Origin: Candidatus Eiseniibacteriota bacterium
GTDB taxonomy: Bacteria; Arandabacterota; Arandabacteria; Arandabacterales; Arandabacteraceae
Direction: 5' to 3'
Length of the DNA: 64,000 nt
Assembly (NCBI GenBank): GCA_043810925.1
Contig: JBDRNT010000106.1
Span: forward strand, 1 to 64,000
The notes beneath the pieces were generated by a model. That model did not search any database. It was not told where the DNA came from and was given only the letters and a program-made list of their open reading frames with translations. Positions 45,517 to 55,669 of this stretch are shown here, one piece after another; positions within the stretch are counted from its first letter, which is position 1; the number at the start of each line of letters is the position of its first letter. The position numbers were made by a program, and so were the translations under genes.

Positions 45517-46761
45517 ATGGCTGAGGAAAAGAAGGTCAAGATAAAGAAAATCCAGTCAGGCGGGCAGCTCAAGAAGGTGATGGCCGACTACTTCCATGAC
45601 CTGAGCGATGCCTCAAAGGACGGATCGCGCAAGGTTGCATGGTGTACAAGTGTCGGTCCTGCGGAGCTCCTCTTGAGTTTCGGGTTTGCAGTCCACTACC
45701 CTGAGAACCATGGAGCCGTACTCGGATCCACGAGGACGGCCAATGACTATATCCCCGTCGCCAATGCCATCGGGTACTCACCCGACATATGCTCCTATCT
45801 CACCAGTGATGTCGGGGCCTTCATAAAGAAGGAGACACCGCTTTCGCGTGCATACGAGTGGTTCGACGGCGTCCCGAAACCCGATGTCCTCGTCTTCAAC
45901 ACCAACCAGTGCCGCGACGTGGAGGATTGGCTCAACTGGTATTCAAGGGAACTGAATGTCCCCTGTATCGGGATAAGTACCTACCGCAACCTGGGCGAGA
46001 TAAAGGACTATCATCTTGAGGGTATTGCCGGCCAGATAAAGAACCTTGTTCCGATTCTCGAGGAAATATCCGGCAGGAAGTTCGACATAGACAGGTTCCG
46101 GAGCGTGCTGGCTTGCTCCCGTGAGTGCACGTTGCTCTGGAAGAAGGTGCTTGAGGCCAATGCGGCGGTGCCCGCCCCGATGACCTTCTTCGATGCGACC
46201 ATTCAAATGGGTCCGGCCGTTGTCTTAAGGGGATCCGAGACGGCGATTGAGTACTACAGGGTGCTGCTTAAGGAGCTCGAGGACAAGGTGGCTCGGAAAG
46301 ACGGTGCGGTCGAGGGCGAGAAGTTCCGGCTCTACTGGGAAGGGATGCCCATCTGGGGGAAACTCAGGAACCTGGCCGAGTTCTTCATCGAACTCAAGAC
46401 GGCTGTCGTCGCATCCACATACTGTAACTCCTGGATCTTCGATTCCTTCGATCCCGAGGATCCGTTTACGAGTATGGCGCGTGCTTACTCGGAGATCTTC
46501 ATTGCCCGGGACGAGGAGTTCAAACAGAACTACATCGAAGATATGGTCGCGAAGTACAAGGTGGACGGTATCCTGTTCCATGACGCCAAGACCTGTCCCA
46601 ACAATTCGAACAACCGGTACGGAATGCCTGAGCGACTCGAGAAGAAACTCGGCATCCCGAGCGTGACCATAAACGGCGATCTCAATGACCTCAGGTGCTA
46701 CTCGGAGGAACAGGCCAAGACCAATATCGAAGCCTTCGTGGAGCAGATGGAAGGGAAGTAG
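45517..46761 (+). CDS. 2-hydroxyacyl-CoA dehydratase / class I BCR family alpha-type [4Fe-4S] subunit
   Basis: GGAGG RBS; YPENHGA, GYSPDICSY, NTNQC and FHDAKTC motifs. Confidence 0.85.
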   Translation: MAEEKKVKIKKIQSGGQLKKVMADYFHDLSDASKDGSRKVAWCTSVGPAELLLSFGFAVHYPENHGAVLGSTRTANDYIPVANAIGYSPDICSYLTSDVGAFIKKETPLSRAYEWFDGVPKPDVLVFNTNQCRDVEDWLNWYSRELNVPCIGISTYRNLGEIKDYHLEGIAGQIKNLVPILEEISGRKFDIDRFRSVLACSRECTLLWKKVLEANAAVPAPMTFFDATIQMGPAVVLRGSETAIEYYRVLLKELEDKVARKDGAVEGEKFRLYWEGMPIWGKLRNLAEFFIELKTAVVASTYCNSWIFDSFDPEDPFTSMARAYSEIFIARDEEFKQNYIEDMVAKYKVDGILFHDAKTCPNNSNNRYGMPERLEKKLGIPSVTINGDLNDLRCYSEEQAKTNIEAFVEQMEGK

Positions 46762-46801
46762 CCCCGTCGGGCTGCGCATGAGTGGATAGAGAATCTGGAC
46801 C

Positions 46802-47590
46802 ATGACTCACTTCGCTGGAATCGATGTCGGCGCCTGCACGACCAAGGCGGTCATAATCAATGAGGAAAAGGAGATCCTCGGGTTTGCGGTAACGGACTCG
46901 GGTGTTGACTTTGAGGGGGCGGCCGAAACCGCTTTCGCCGAGGCCAGGTCCAAGGCCGGCTTGGCTGCCGGTCCGGATGGTCCCGGTATGGCTGCCGTCA
47001 TATCCACCGGCTACGGAAGACGGAATGTCCCATTTGCCGACTTGCCCAGGACTGAAATCAGCTGTCACGCCAGGGGGAGTTTCCACAGTTATCCGCGCGC
47101 GCACACGCTTATCGATATCGGGGGCCAGGACAACAAAGTCATAAGGGTCGATGTTTCAGGCAGGCGGGTCGGTTTTAAGATGAACCGCAAGTGCGCCGCC
47201 GGTACCGGTGCGTTTCTCGAAGAGATTGCCAACCGGCTTAAGATCCCGATTGAAGACTTAGACGGGCTTGCCCGTAAGGGAACTAAAGAAGTTGAGCTCG
47301 GAAGCTACTGCACCGTCTTTACCGCCACAGAGATCCTGGCCAGAATCAGGGAAGGCGTGAAGGTCGAGGACCTCGTAAGGGGCGTGTTCGGTGCTGTAAT
47401 AAAGCGGGCAACGGAGATGGATCCGCTGGCCGGAGATGTCGTAATGACCGGGGGTGTGGTGGCCCATAACCCCCACCTCGTGGAGATGTTCAGCGATAGA
47501 CTGGGTAAGGAAGTCTTCGTGCCGCCACTGTCCCAGCTGACGGGAGCTCTTGGTGCGGCGCTGTATGCCCTTGAAGGCGAAGGAGGATAA
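46802..47590 (+). CDS. ATP-dependent activase (HgdC/BcrAD-type)
   Basis: GIDVG..TK, EISCHARG, DIGGQDNK, MNRKCAAGTG and YCTVF motifs. Confidence 0.88.
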   Translation: MTHFAGIDVGACTTKAVIINEEKEILGFAVTDSGVDFEGAAETAFAEARSKAGLAAGPDGPGMAAVISTGYGRRNVPFADLPRTEISCHARGSFHSYPRAHTLIDIGGQDNKVIRVDVSGRRVGFKMNRKCAAGTGAFLEEIANRLKIPIEDLDGLARKGTKEVELGSYCTVFTATEILARIREGVKVEDLVRGVFGAVIKRATEMDPLAGDVVMTGGVVAHNPHLVEMFSDRLGKEVFVPPLSQLTGALGAALYALEGEGG

Positions 47591-47591
47591 G

Positions 47592-49670
47592 ATGCTTGAT
47601 GCCCTGTTCAGACCGAGATCGGTTGCGATCATTGGAGCTTCGAATAACCCCCTGAGCATCGGCCACATCGTGATGCAGAACCTTCTTGATCATGATTTCA
47701 AGGGCCCGATCTATCCCATAAACCCGAAGGCCAGGTTCATAAAGAGTTTCCGGTGCTATCCTTCGATCGCCGACGTGCCGGATGAAATCGACCTGGTCAA
47801 TATCTCGATCAAGAACACGCTCGTCCCGTATGTGCTGGAGGACTGCGGCAAGAAGGGCGTCAAGTTCGCGATCGTCCACACGGCAGGTTTTAAGGAAGTC
47901 GGGGGAGACGGAATCGCGCTTGAGAAACAGATTGTCGAGGTCGCCCACAAGTACGGGATGCGGGTCTACGGGCCCAACTCGCAGGGCATCCAGAACTCCG
48001 ATCCTGAAGTTTCGGTTTATGCCAATTTCACCTTTGTTCCCATGAGTCCCGGGAACATCTCGATTGTCGCCCAGAGTGGCGGGGTGGGAGAAACCCTGAA
48101 ACTGCACCTCTATAACGTCGGGAAGGGCATAAGGATGTATTCGAGCTTCGGTAACGAAGCCGATGTCAGCATGAACGAGATCATCGACTACTACGGTCAG
48201 GATGACGAGACCAAGGCGATAATGGTCCACATCGAAACGCTCAAGGACCCGCAAGGCTTTCTTGAAGTCGCAAAGCGCACAACGCCTAAGAAACCGATAC
48301 TTGCCCTCAAGGCAGGCAGGACGGCGGAAGGGATCTCGGCGGTCGCATCTCACACGGGCAGGCTTGTCGACCAGGATACGCTGACCGACGCTATTTTCGA
48401 AAAGGCAGGGGTGCTCCGCTTTCACTCCCAGGACGACATGATAAAGACGGCCATAGCCTTTTCCGACCAGGCGGTTCCCAGGGGTGACAGGGTCGTGGTC
48501 GTCACAAACACCGGCGGACCTGCGATCATCGCCGTTGATGAATGTATGTCACGCGGGCTTAAGCTCGCCAAGTTAAGCGCCAAGACCAAAGAGACCTTGC
48601 GCAAACTCGTGTTTGCGGAAGCCATCGTCTCCAACCCCGTTGATGTGATCGCCACAGCCGGTCCGGAGCAGTACGGCGGCACTGTGGAGGCGCTTCTTAA
48701 GGATCCCAACATCGATTCGGTCCTGCTTGTTTTCGTGACGGCTCCGTTCGCGGATTGCGAGGGAATCGCCCGCAAACTCAATGCCCTGGGTAAGACCTCG
48801 AAAAAACCCATAGTCTGCCAGGTGATGACCATAGATAAATGGGCCAATGTTGTGCGGATCATACGGGATGGTGGTATCCCGGTTTATGATTACGCCGAGA
48901 CCGCCGCGAGGGTGCTCTCATCGATGACCCGGTACGGGAAGTTCGTCCAGCGAAAGGCGCCCGTTTTCAGGAAGTACAAGTGCGATGTCAAGAAGGCCGG
49001 GGCGATCGTCAAGCGTCACCGGGGCAAGGGACGGTTCCTGCCATCTGATGATGTCTATGATCTGCTTAAGTGTTACGGCATACCGGCTGCGAAGACAGTG
49101 CGGATCACAAAGAAGACGGAGCTTAAGACGGCCGCGAAAAGGGTCGGGTTCCCGCTTGTTCTTAAGGTCGATGCCGAGAGTCTGCTTCACAAGTCCGATG
49201 CCGGAGGCGTGGCACTCGATATCAAGACCGAACGGGCACTCATCAGCGCGTATGACAGGATGGCCAAGAAGTTCGCGAAGGCCAAGCCGGCGTTTATCCT
49301 CCAGGAGTACATGAAGGGTGGCAGGGAAGTGATCATGGGGATTAAGGGCAATGAGGGTCTTGCCCCCACGATGATGTTCGGTCTGGGTGGAGTGTTTGTG
49401 GAGATCATGAAGGACGTTCAGTTCAGACTTGCGCCGCTTTCAAATGAAGACGCCATGAGTATGATCGGCTCGATCAAGGGCTTCCCCGTACTTCAAGGTG
49501 TGAGAGGGGAGAAGGCGGCCGACATAGATGAACTTGCCGAGATTCTGATCCGCCTTTCCATGCTGGGCGCGGACTTTCCCGTGATAGAAGAGATGGATGT
49601 GAACCCCGTGCTGGCGTTTCCGAAGGGTAAGGGTGCTGCCGTTGTGGATGCGCGGATAAAGATCGGGTAA
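47592..49670 (+). CDS. ADP-forming acyl-CoA synthetase (fused alpha/beta)
   Basis: LFRPRSVAIIGAS, TAGFKE, GPNSQG, QSGG, SHTG (phospho-His), NPVD, HKSDAGGV and MFGLGG motifs. Confidence 0.88.
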   Translation: MLDALFRPRSVAIIGASNNPLSIGHIVMQNLLDHDFKGPIYPINPKARFIKSFRCYPSIADVPDEIDLVNISIKNTLVPYVLEDCGKKGVKFAIVHTAGFKEVGGDGIALEKQIVEVAHKYGMRVYGPNSQGIQNSDPEVSVYANFTFVPMSPGNISIVAQSGGVGETLKLHLYNVGKGIRMYSSFGNEADVSMNEIIDYYGQDDETKAIMVHIETLKDPQGFLEVAKRTTPKKPILALKAGRTAEGISAVASHTGRLVDQDTLTDAIFEKAGVLRFHSQDDMIKTAIAFSDQAVPRGDRVVVVTNTGGPAIIAVDECMSRGLKLAKLSAKTKETLRKLVFAEAIVSNPVDVIATAGPEQYGGTVEALLKDPNIDSVLLVFVTAPFADCEGIARKLNALGKTSKKPIVCQVMTIDKWANVVRIIRDGGIPVYDYAETAARVLSSMTRYGKFVQRKAPVFRKYKCDVKKAGAIVKRHRGKGRFLPSDDVYDLLKCYGIPAAKTVRITKKTELKTAAKRVGFPLVLKVDAESLLHKSDAGGVALDIKTERALISAYDRMAKKFAKAKPAFILQEYMKGGREVIMGIKGNEGLAPTMMFGLGGVFVEIMKDVQFRLAPLSNEDAMSMIGSIKGFPVLQGVRGEKAADIDELAEILIRLSMLGADFPVIEEMDVNPVLAFPKGKGAAVVDARIKIG

Positions 49671-49688
49671 CGATAAGCAGGACTGCGC

Positions 49689-51356
49689 TTAAATATAGCC
49701 CAGACCCTTGAGGCGGTCTATCACCTCATCGTCCTTGTCGCTATCGGGTTTTTCGACCTCGCTTCGCTCGAATGAGCGCCGCTTGTGGTCTTTCCGGTCC
49801 GAGATGAACTCCTCGGTGAAGGCTTCGCTTATGACCCTGCCGTCAAAATCCTCGCTCGGCGGCAGGTTCTGTATGAACATCACTGTCGGCAAGATGTCTT
49901 CGATGTCGGCCGCTATGTTCTTGCCGGCCACGACACCTTTACCTGCGATGAGATACATACCGTCTATGCGATGGTCACCCTGTTTCCACGGATAGGGTTC
50001 TCCGAAGATCTGTGAGGTCCCACGGGGGCCGTAGTAGGTTGCGTAGTGGTTCTTTTCGGTAAACTCATAGATGATATCCGGTGCGTCCTTGGCACCGGAT
50101 GTGCCGTAGAGATCGTCCGCAAAGTGCACCTTCTCGATAAGCCGCGTCCCGTCGGCGACCGTTATGCCGAGAAGTTCCTGCTTGATCTCCTCTCTCAGGT
50201 TCTCAAACTCTTCACCCGGTTTGACGATCCCGTACTGGTCTCTGCCCACGAGGTTTATCCTGATGCTGTCGGTCGAATAGACATACGCCTTGGTCCGGCC
50301 CCAATCGATGTCGGATGTACCGGCGAATATCAGTTTCTTTGCCAGTGTCTTCTTCGAACGCTCAAGCGACCGGGCCAGGATCTTGTTGACCCTGAGACCT
50401 CTCGCGATCTTCTTCGCAATCCCTACCGCCGTGAGCCTGTTTCCCTTTCTGGCCAGATAGCCTGCCTTTTCAAGCCAGACATCGAGGTAGAAATTGCCCG
50501 AGTACTTGCCGAAGCCATGATCCGAGCAGACAACGAGCAGGGCCTCGTCCTTGATCCTCGAATAGACCCTCCCGAGCAGCGCATCAAGATACCGGTAGTG
50601 GTCATAGATGCTCTTACGGATTTCGGGATGAGCTGCTTCATCCTCAAAAAGATCCCAGAAGTAGTGCTGGATCCTGTCCATGCTTACCATGGTGACCATG
50701 AAGAGGTCCCACTCCTTGGAATCGAGCAGATGGAAAACCGCCTTCTCCCGCTCTTCACTCACATGCTTCAGGTCATCTAAGAACGCGACCGCACCGTTAC
50801 CGAGGTAGGCCGTGATCTTCTGGACGAAATCCGCCCCCTGCTCCCGACCGAACCCGATATCGATCTTGTAGTCGATACTGTGCTCACGGAGCTCACTCAT
50901 CAGGTCTTCCGGGAAGTAGAACCTGCTTTCCTTCGAGGGAGTCATCATCCCGGTTATCACCGTACCGTCCTTCGGATGTGGCGGGTAGGTCATCGGCATA
51001 TTGACTGAGATCACACGCTTGTCGATCTGGTTATAGATATCGAAGACCATGGGGGCTTTTATCTGTGAGCGGTCGGTGAGGCGGGTGAGGATAACACCGT
51101 CCTTGTTCTCCATACTATGACACCCGAAGATGCCGTGCTTAAACGGTCTCACGCCTGTGAGCACGCTTGACCAGGCCACCGGTGTGGAATAGGGGATAGT
51201 CGAGCGCAACACTCCCTTTGTGCCCCCGCTGGAGAGTGCCGCCAGGTTGGGCATCACACCCTCTGCGATAAGCTTATCCAGCACCCGCCACGTGGCGCCG
51301 TCAAGGCCGAGTAAGAATACTTTAGGTGGTGTCATATCGGTCTTCTTTCGATCCAA
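49689..51356 (-). CDS. Alkaline-phosphatase-superfamily phosphodiesterase (type I PDE/NPP-like)
   Basis: LGLDGATW, LRSTIP...AWSS..TG, DRIQH, SDHGFG, GDHR.DG and RLKGLGYI motifs. Confidence 0.85.
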   Translation of the reverse strand: MDRKKTDMTPPKVFLLGLDGATWRVLDKLIAEGVMPNLAALSSGGTKGVLRSTIPYSTPVAWSSVLTGVRPFKHGIFGCHSMENKDGVILTRLTDRSQIKAPMVFDIYNQIDKRVISVNMPMTYPPHPKDGTVITGMMTPSKESRFYFPEDLMSELREHSIDYKIDIGFGREQGADFVQKITAYLGNGAVAFLDDLKHVSEEREKAVFHLLDSKEWDLFMVTMVSMDRIQHYFWDLFEDEAAHPEIRKSIYDHYRYLDALLGRVYSRIKDEALLVVCSDHGFGKYSGNFYLDVWLEKAGYLARKGNRLTAVGIAKKIARGLRVNKILARSLERSKKTLAKKLIFAGTSDIDWGRTKAYVYSTDSIRINLVGRDQYGIVKPGEEFENLREEIKQELLGITVADGTRLIEKVHFADDLYGTSGAKDAPDIIYEFTEKNHYATYYGPRGTSQIFGEPYPWKQGDHRIDGMYLIAGKGVVAGKNIAADIEDILPTVMFIQNLPPSEDFDGRVISEAFTEEFISDRKDHKRRSFERSEVEKPDSDKDDEVIDRLKGLGYI

Positions 51357-51393
51357 CCTTATATTCTAACATAAATCAGTCCGGGGCGAACAT

Positions 51394-51523
51394 AATTTCC
51401 GGACACCATACTTAATTATCGAAGGTGGGCCTCCTATCGATGCTACCTGTCCCGCCGGATCGTAGTGCAGTCATTCCCATCTTTAGGATCTATCCGACAT
51501 TTGAGTATGGTGTCCCCGAAATT
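51394..51523. repeat. REP-like family A inverted pair (REPIN-like, about 130 bp)
   Basis: AATTTCCGGACACCATACTTAATT ... TTTGAGTATGGTGTCCCCGAAATT; the right copy overlaps the glycosyltransferase stop codon. Confidence 0.7.
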
Positions 51524-52709
51524 ACGTAGCACGCTTAGAAGCTATATCGGCAAACAGCGCTTCGTACTTCTTTATCACTGTCGAAATATCGTGGTTTTCC
51601 TTGAAGTAGGCCCGGCAGTTTGCGTAGAGCTCTTCCATACGTTTACCGGAAAGCGTCCTGATGAACTCGGTTGCCTGGGCGATATCTCCATTACAACAGT
51701 GCCCGATATCGAGCCTGTCGAGTATGCCGTCCGGATTGACATTTAGACCGACCACGGGCGTTCCGCCCATAAGGGCCTGTACGAATGAATTGGGAAACCC
51801 CTCGTGAGTGGAAGTGTTGACCAGACATTTCGCGCGGTTGTAGGTCTCCTGTATCGTCTTCGGGTCGATGAAGTCAACCACCTCAAGATTGCTCAGCTTT
51901 TCGGACTCACGGACGACCTCGTCCTTAAGTGCACCCTTGCCGGGAAAGACCATCAGGAACCGTTCCTTTGGTAGAGACCTTGCGAGTTCCACAAATTTCA
52001 TCGGCTGCTTAAGCGGGATGCCCCTTCCAACCCAGAGCACGTTCTCTTTCCGGCGGACGATGTCGGGCGGGGTGGGGATATCCCACAGGGCGTTCTTGAT
52101 TTCCACGGTCTTCTTATTCAGCTCTGATTCAAGGATGTGCCGCTGGGCCGCATTCTGGGCTATGACGAAGTCCGTATGCCTCAGACCGAATGCGAAGATG
52201 CGATAGAAGGTGTCGGACTTCTTGTCCTCGGACGGTTTGATGTCGAGATCACTTGCAATCCGGTAGACCGTTGGCTTTCGCATGAGGAACTTTCTTACAA
52301 GAACCACGTATCCCCAGAGTTCACTGTGGGCCTCTGAGAAAAACACATCGGAACGATCGTTAAGTACCGTCCAGAAACAGAGAACCCGCCGGACGATCTT
52401 ATGGTACCACTTCGGATATGCGTCAGGCTCCCAGTAAGGGAATTTCCTCATGGTGAGATTATCAGTGATCCGCATCATGTCTTCCTGGCCGTAATCGCCC
52501 GTATAGAAGGTTATCGCGAAGTCCTTATTCTTCGCGAGCTCCGTAGCGATCACGTAGAAATCCATCTCCGCTCCGCCGACCTCATCCTCAAAGGCGCTGC
52601 TGTCCTTAAGGAAGAGCGGATATGCCTTGTGCATGTAAAAAGAGATGGTAACAGGCGCTTTCACGCCATGCAGTTTAGTCTGGAACTCTGCCGGGGTCAA
52701 GTTCTTCAT
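51522..52709 (-). CDS. Glycosyltransferase family 4
   Basis: GGAE, LWVGR...K and VNTS..EGFPNSFVQA...GTPVV motifs. Confidence 0.88.
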   Translation of the reverse strand: MKNLTPAEFQTKLHGVKAPVTISFYMHKAYPLFLKDSSAFEDEVGGAEMDFYVIATELAKNKDFAITFYTGDYGQEDMMRITDNLTMRKFPYWEPDAYPKWYHKIVRRVLCFWTVLNDRSDVFFSEAHSELWGYVVLVRKFLMRKPTVYRIASDLDIKPSEDKKSDTFYRIFAFGLRHTDFVIAQNAAQRHILESELNKKTVEIKNALWDIPTPPDIVRRKENVLWVGRGIPLKQPMKFVELARSLPKERFLMVFPGKGALKDEVVRESEKLSNLEVVDFIDPKTIQETYNRAKCLVNTSTHEGFPNSFVQALMGGTPVVGLNVNPDGILDRLDIGHCCNGDIAQATEFIRTLSGKRMEELYANCRAYFKENHDISTVIKKYEALFADIASKRAT

Positions 52710-52724
52710 TGGCCCGGGGGCCGG

Positions 52725-53741
52725 TTACACCTTTGTCGCGACTATCCTGTAGCCGCGCGCATACTTGATGGTGTACTTCGTAAACGCTTTGAGGATATGG
52801 TTCGCAAACCTTATTGCAGGATTCCCACCCGCGCCACCGAAATAGGAGTAGACCTGAGTCTTGAATCCGAAGGCTTCCATTCGCCGGGCGAGTTCCTGCG
52901 GGTGGTGGAACCGCTCAAGCACGGAGCCGAACCCCGGATGAACCGGGCATTCGTCGTCCTTAAAGGTCCGGTCGGGCATTACACCCTGCTCTTCCTTGAG
53001 CCTGCATGCCTTTAGGATCTCATCCCTGGTCATGCCTGAGGTACGCGTCGCGACTGCTGTGATATCTTCCTCACTCCACTCGGGATACGCATCCCGGATC
53101 ATATCCTTCCGTATGTCCTCGTACGCCTCCTCTATGATGTGAGACCCGACCCTTCCGGTAGGACCCTGCTCGAATCGTCTCCAGAGCTCCTTGCACTCAC
53201 TTACTATTTTCGGGTTGGCACCGTTATTTCCGTCTGAAATGAGGAGAATTCCGCCGGGCCTCAGGATCCGCGCGGATTCCTCAAAGAACAAGTCCGGCTC
53301 CCGGTAATGCGAGATCGCCTCAACCGAGAGGACAAGATCGAACTTGCCGTCCTCATAGTCACTCCGCATTATGTTTCCCACGATGGGGTATACGGGAAGG
53401 TCCACGGCCCCGGCCTTGAGGTTACGCAAGCACTCCTTGAATACGTCCAGTCTTTCTTCCATTATATCGATCCCGTGCGCTTCCTTCGCTCCGAGAATTG
53501 CGAGGAGCATACACATCATGCCGTAGCCGCAGCCTGCATCCAGGACGACCATGCCATCGATCGACTTCGTGGTCAGATTGAGGAGGTCAACAACACCGCG
53601 CAGATACTCCAGAGTCAGATCCGGTCTTTCCAGCGGTCCGTAGTAGCGCCGGAGGGCATCCTTTGCGGATATTCCCTCGGCATCGCTGAATATCCGGGAG
53701 ACGACAGCCCTGAATCGCTCAATGTTTTTCTGATTCAACAT
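52725..53741 (-). CDS. Class I SAM-dependent methyltransferase
   Basis: VLDAGCGYG, FDLV...AISH and RILRPGG motifs; ATG overlaps the upstream TGA (TGATG). Confidence 0.85.
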   Translation of the reverse strand: MLNQKNIERFRAVVSRIFSDAEGISAKDALRRYYGPLERPDLTLEYLRGVVDLLNLTTKSIDGMVVLDAGCGYGMMCMLLAILGAKEAHGIDIMEERLDVFKECLRNLKAGAVDLPVYPIVGNIMRSDYEDGKFDLVLSVEAISHYREPDLFFEESARILRPGGILLISDGNNGANPKIVSECKELWRRFEQGPTGRVGSHIIEEAYEDIRKDMIRDAYPEWSEEDITAVATRTSGMTRDEILKACRLKEEQGVMPDRTFKDDECPVHPGFGSVLERFHHPQELARRMEAFGFKTQVYSYFGGAGGNPAIRFANHILKAFTKYTIKYARGYRIVATKV

Positions 53742-55024
53742 CAGTTCCCCATGAAGAGCCTGTAGTAGATGAAGAAAAGAAGGAATCCACCCAGGAACAC
53801 AATACCAAGGACCGCAAGTCCGCGAAGCCAGGGCGCGGGCCTGCATTCCGCCGGTACGTACTTGGCTGTGATGGCCCTGTATGTCAGGAACCCGAGGAAT
53901 GGGCCGGTGATAAACGAAAGTGTTGTCGCCAGATCGACAAGCGCCTTCAGGCTCTTAAGATAGAAGGCGATTATGAGCATAGCCCCCACGGCCATTATGC
54001 CCATCCACAGCCAGTAGTCCCAGGAATTCCCCGAGCGCTCAAGTACATCCACCGGGTCCTCCGGGGTTCTGAAGCGCCGCGCCACTAGCTGCAAACCCCT
54101 CGGGAAACCGTCAACCACCGTGAGTACCGTTGAAAAGATCGTTGTGAAGGCGGAAATTGCGATTATCGGTCTGCTCCACGAGCCAAGCGTAGACGTGTAA
54201 AGGTCGATCACCTGACCCGCGAATGCGGCGGAGCTGCTCTGGAACGTCATGCCCTTGTCAAACATCACCGCGGTACCCAGCGTACAGAACATAAGGGCCA
54301 GGGCACCGGTTGCGATATAGCCGAGATTGAAGTCGAAGAGACTTGCCTTGAGCGTCGGGGTGCAACCCGTCTCTTTCTTGCGTGCAAGCGTCCAGAACGA
54401 CTGCCAGACACTGACGTCCATTCCGGTCGGCATCCATCCCACGAGTCCCACGATGAATGCAACATCGATCAACCGAACCGGCCCCCAGAGGCTTGCCCCC
54501 TTGAGTTTGGGAAGCACCACTATGGTGGCCGCGACCGTGGAGACTACGAGCAAGGCCATGACGACCTTGATCACCTTGTCAAGCAGCGGATAACGGCCGA
54601 TGATGAGTATCAAGACACATGCTGCGATAATGATTGCCGACCACGCAGCCAGTGGGAGCGTAAGCGCCGTCATCTGGATTGCAAGCCCCGCAGTCACGGC
54701 TGTCACCGCGGCCAGGACCGTAAACATCGTCCCTACCGTGAGAATGAGATAGAGCACAAGACTCCACTTGCCCTGGCGACGGTAGCCTTCAAGCAGACTG
54801 TTTCCGGTGGCGGCGGCATACCGCTGGCCGAATTCAAAGAGCGGGTACTTAAGAAGCAGCGCCAGCACGATTACCCAGAGAAGCGAGAAACCGTAGCCGG
54901 CACCCGCGCGGGTTGATTGAACAACATGGGAAACCCCGACAGAGACTGCGGCAAACAGGAACCCCGGGCCCAGGGCCTTCATTATGCCGCCTTTGGCGGT
55001 CACTACCTTGCTCCGGCTACTCAT
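53741..55024 (-). CDS. NRAMP-related divalent metal transporter family protein
   Basis: GGAGGAG RBS; LGPG.LFAA..VG.SH.VQSTRAGA.YG and GWMP motifs; about 11 TM helices. Confidence 0.8.
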   Translation of the reverse strand: MSSRSKVVTAKGGIMKALGPGFLFAAVSVGVSHVVQSTRAGAGYGFSLLWVIVLALLLKYPLFEFGQRYAAATGNSLLEGYRRQGKWSLVLYLILTVGTMFTVLAAVTAVTAGLAIQMTALTLPLAAWSAIIIAACVLILIIGRYPLLDKVIKVVMALLVVSTVAATIVVLPKLKGASLWGPVRLIDVAFIVGLVGWMPTGMDVSVWQSFWTLARKKETGCTPTLKASLFDFNLGYIATGALALMFCTLGTAVMFDKGMTFQSSSAAFAGQVIDLYTSTLGSWSRPIIAISAFTTIFSTVLTVVDGFPRGLQLVARRFRTPEDPVDVLERSGNSWDYWLWMGIMAVGAMLIIAFYLKSLKALVDLATTLSFITGPFLGFLTYRAITAKYVPAECRPAPWLRGLAVLGIVFLGGFLLFFIYYRLFMGN

Positions 55025-55088
55025 TGTCTCCTCCGCGCTGACTGACACGCGGTGGAGTTTATCATCAGAAGCGGGGAATGACAAGACA

Positions 55089-55122
55089 AAGCCCCGGAGC
55101 CAACATCGCGACTCCGGGGCTT
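55089..55122 (-). terminator. Putative intrinsic terminator
   Basis: Stem AAGCCCCGGAG/CTCCGGGGCTT followed by a T-rich tract on the minus strand, downstream of 55157..55669. Confidence 0.5.
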
Positions 55123-55156
55123 GGGTTAGATCGGCCTACTCAATCACCATTCGATA

Positions 55157-55669
55157 TCAACGTCCCGCACGTATTGGGGGATCCCCGCACCGGTGAATCA
55201 CCAGGTTGCCGTGGATCACTTCCCACCACTCCGGCGGCTGGCTGGCGTGGCATCCGGGATCATAGCTGTAGAGCGTCGCGCCGATCAAGTCGTTCTCGGC
55301 GCCGGACGATCCACCGTCCCTGGTCCAGACCTGCACCCACTGGCCTTCCCATTCCCGCATATTGGTTTTTACCACGGGTCCGGAGAAAGTCGCACAGCAG
55401 CAGCATTCACACAGACGGATGTACACGCAATCGACGTCGATCCTGGCTTCCCGACCCATGGAATCACTGTACTTAAACATACCTTTGGCCGGGCGCCCGT
55501 CTTGCTCCGCATGCGCTTCGAATTCAGCCTTAGCCGTAACCTCACCGATGTCTTCCATCCTCGTAAACTCCACACCACCCGTCACCTTCGGCGGCGGGCC
55601 GGCATAAAGCGAGACCACGCTTCCGATAAGGAAGAGGGTTAACACGACTCCCATTCCAAATGCTTTCAC
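55157..55669 (-). CDS. Secreted hypothetical protein with CECCCC motif
   Basis: GGAGG RBS; signal peptide; beta-rich body. Confidence 0.65.
   Translation of the reverse strand: MKAFGMGVVLTLFLIGSVVSLYAGPPPKVTGGVEFTRMEDIGEVTAKAEFEAHAEQDGRPAKGMFKYSDSMGREARIDVDCVYIRLCECCCCATFSGPVVKTNMREWEGQWVQVWTRDGGSSGAENDLIGATLYSYDPGCHASQPPEWWEVIHGNLVIHRCGDPPIRAGR

Noticed and set aside
45517-46761. Assignment as a canonical double-cubane cluster protein (DCCP)
   Set aside because: The motifs (PENHGA, DICSY) look alpha-subunit-like rather than the FCVYVPEE/LCGG pattern I recall for DCCP; not supportable without an alignment.
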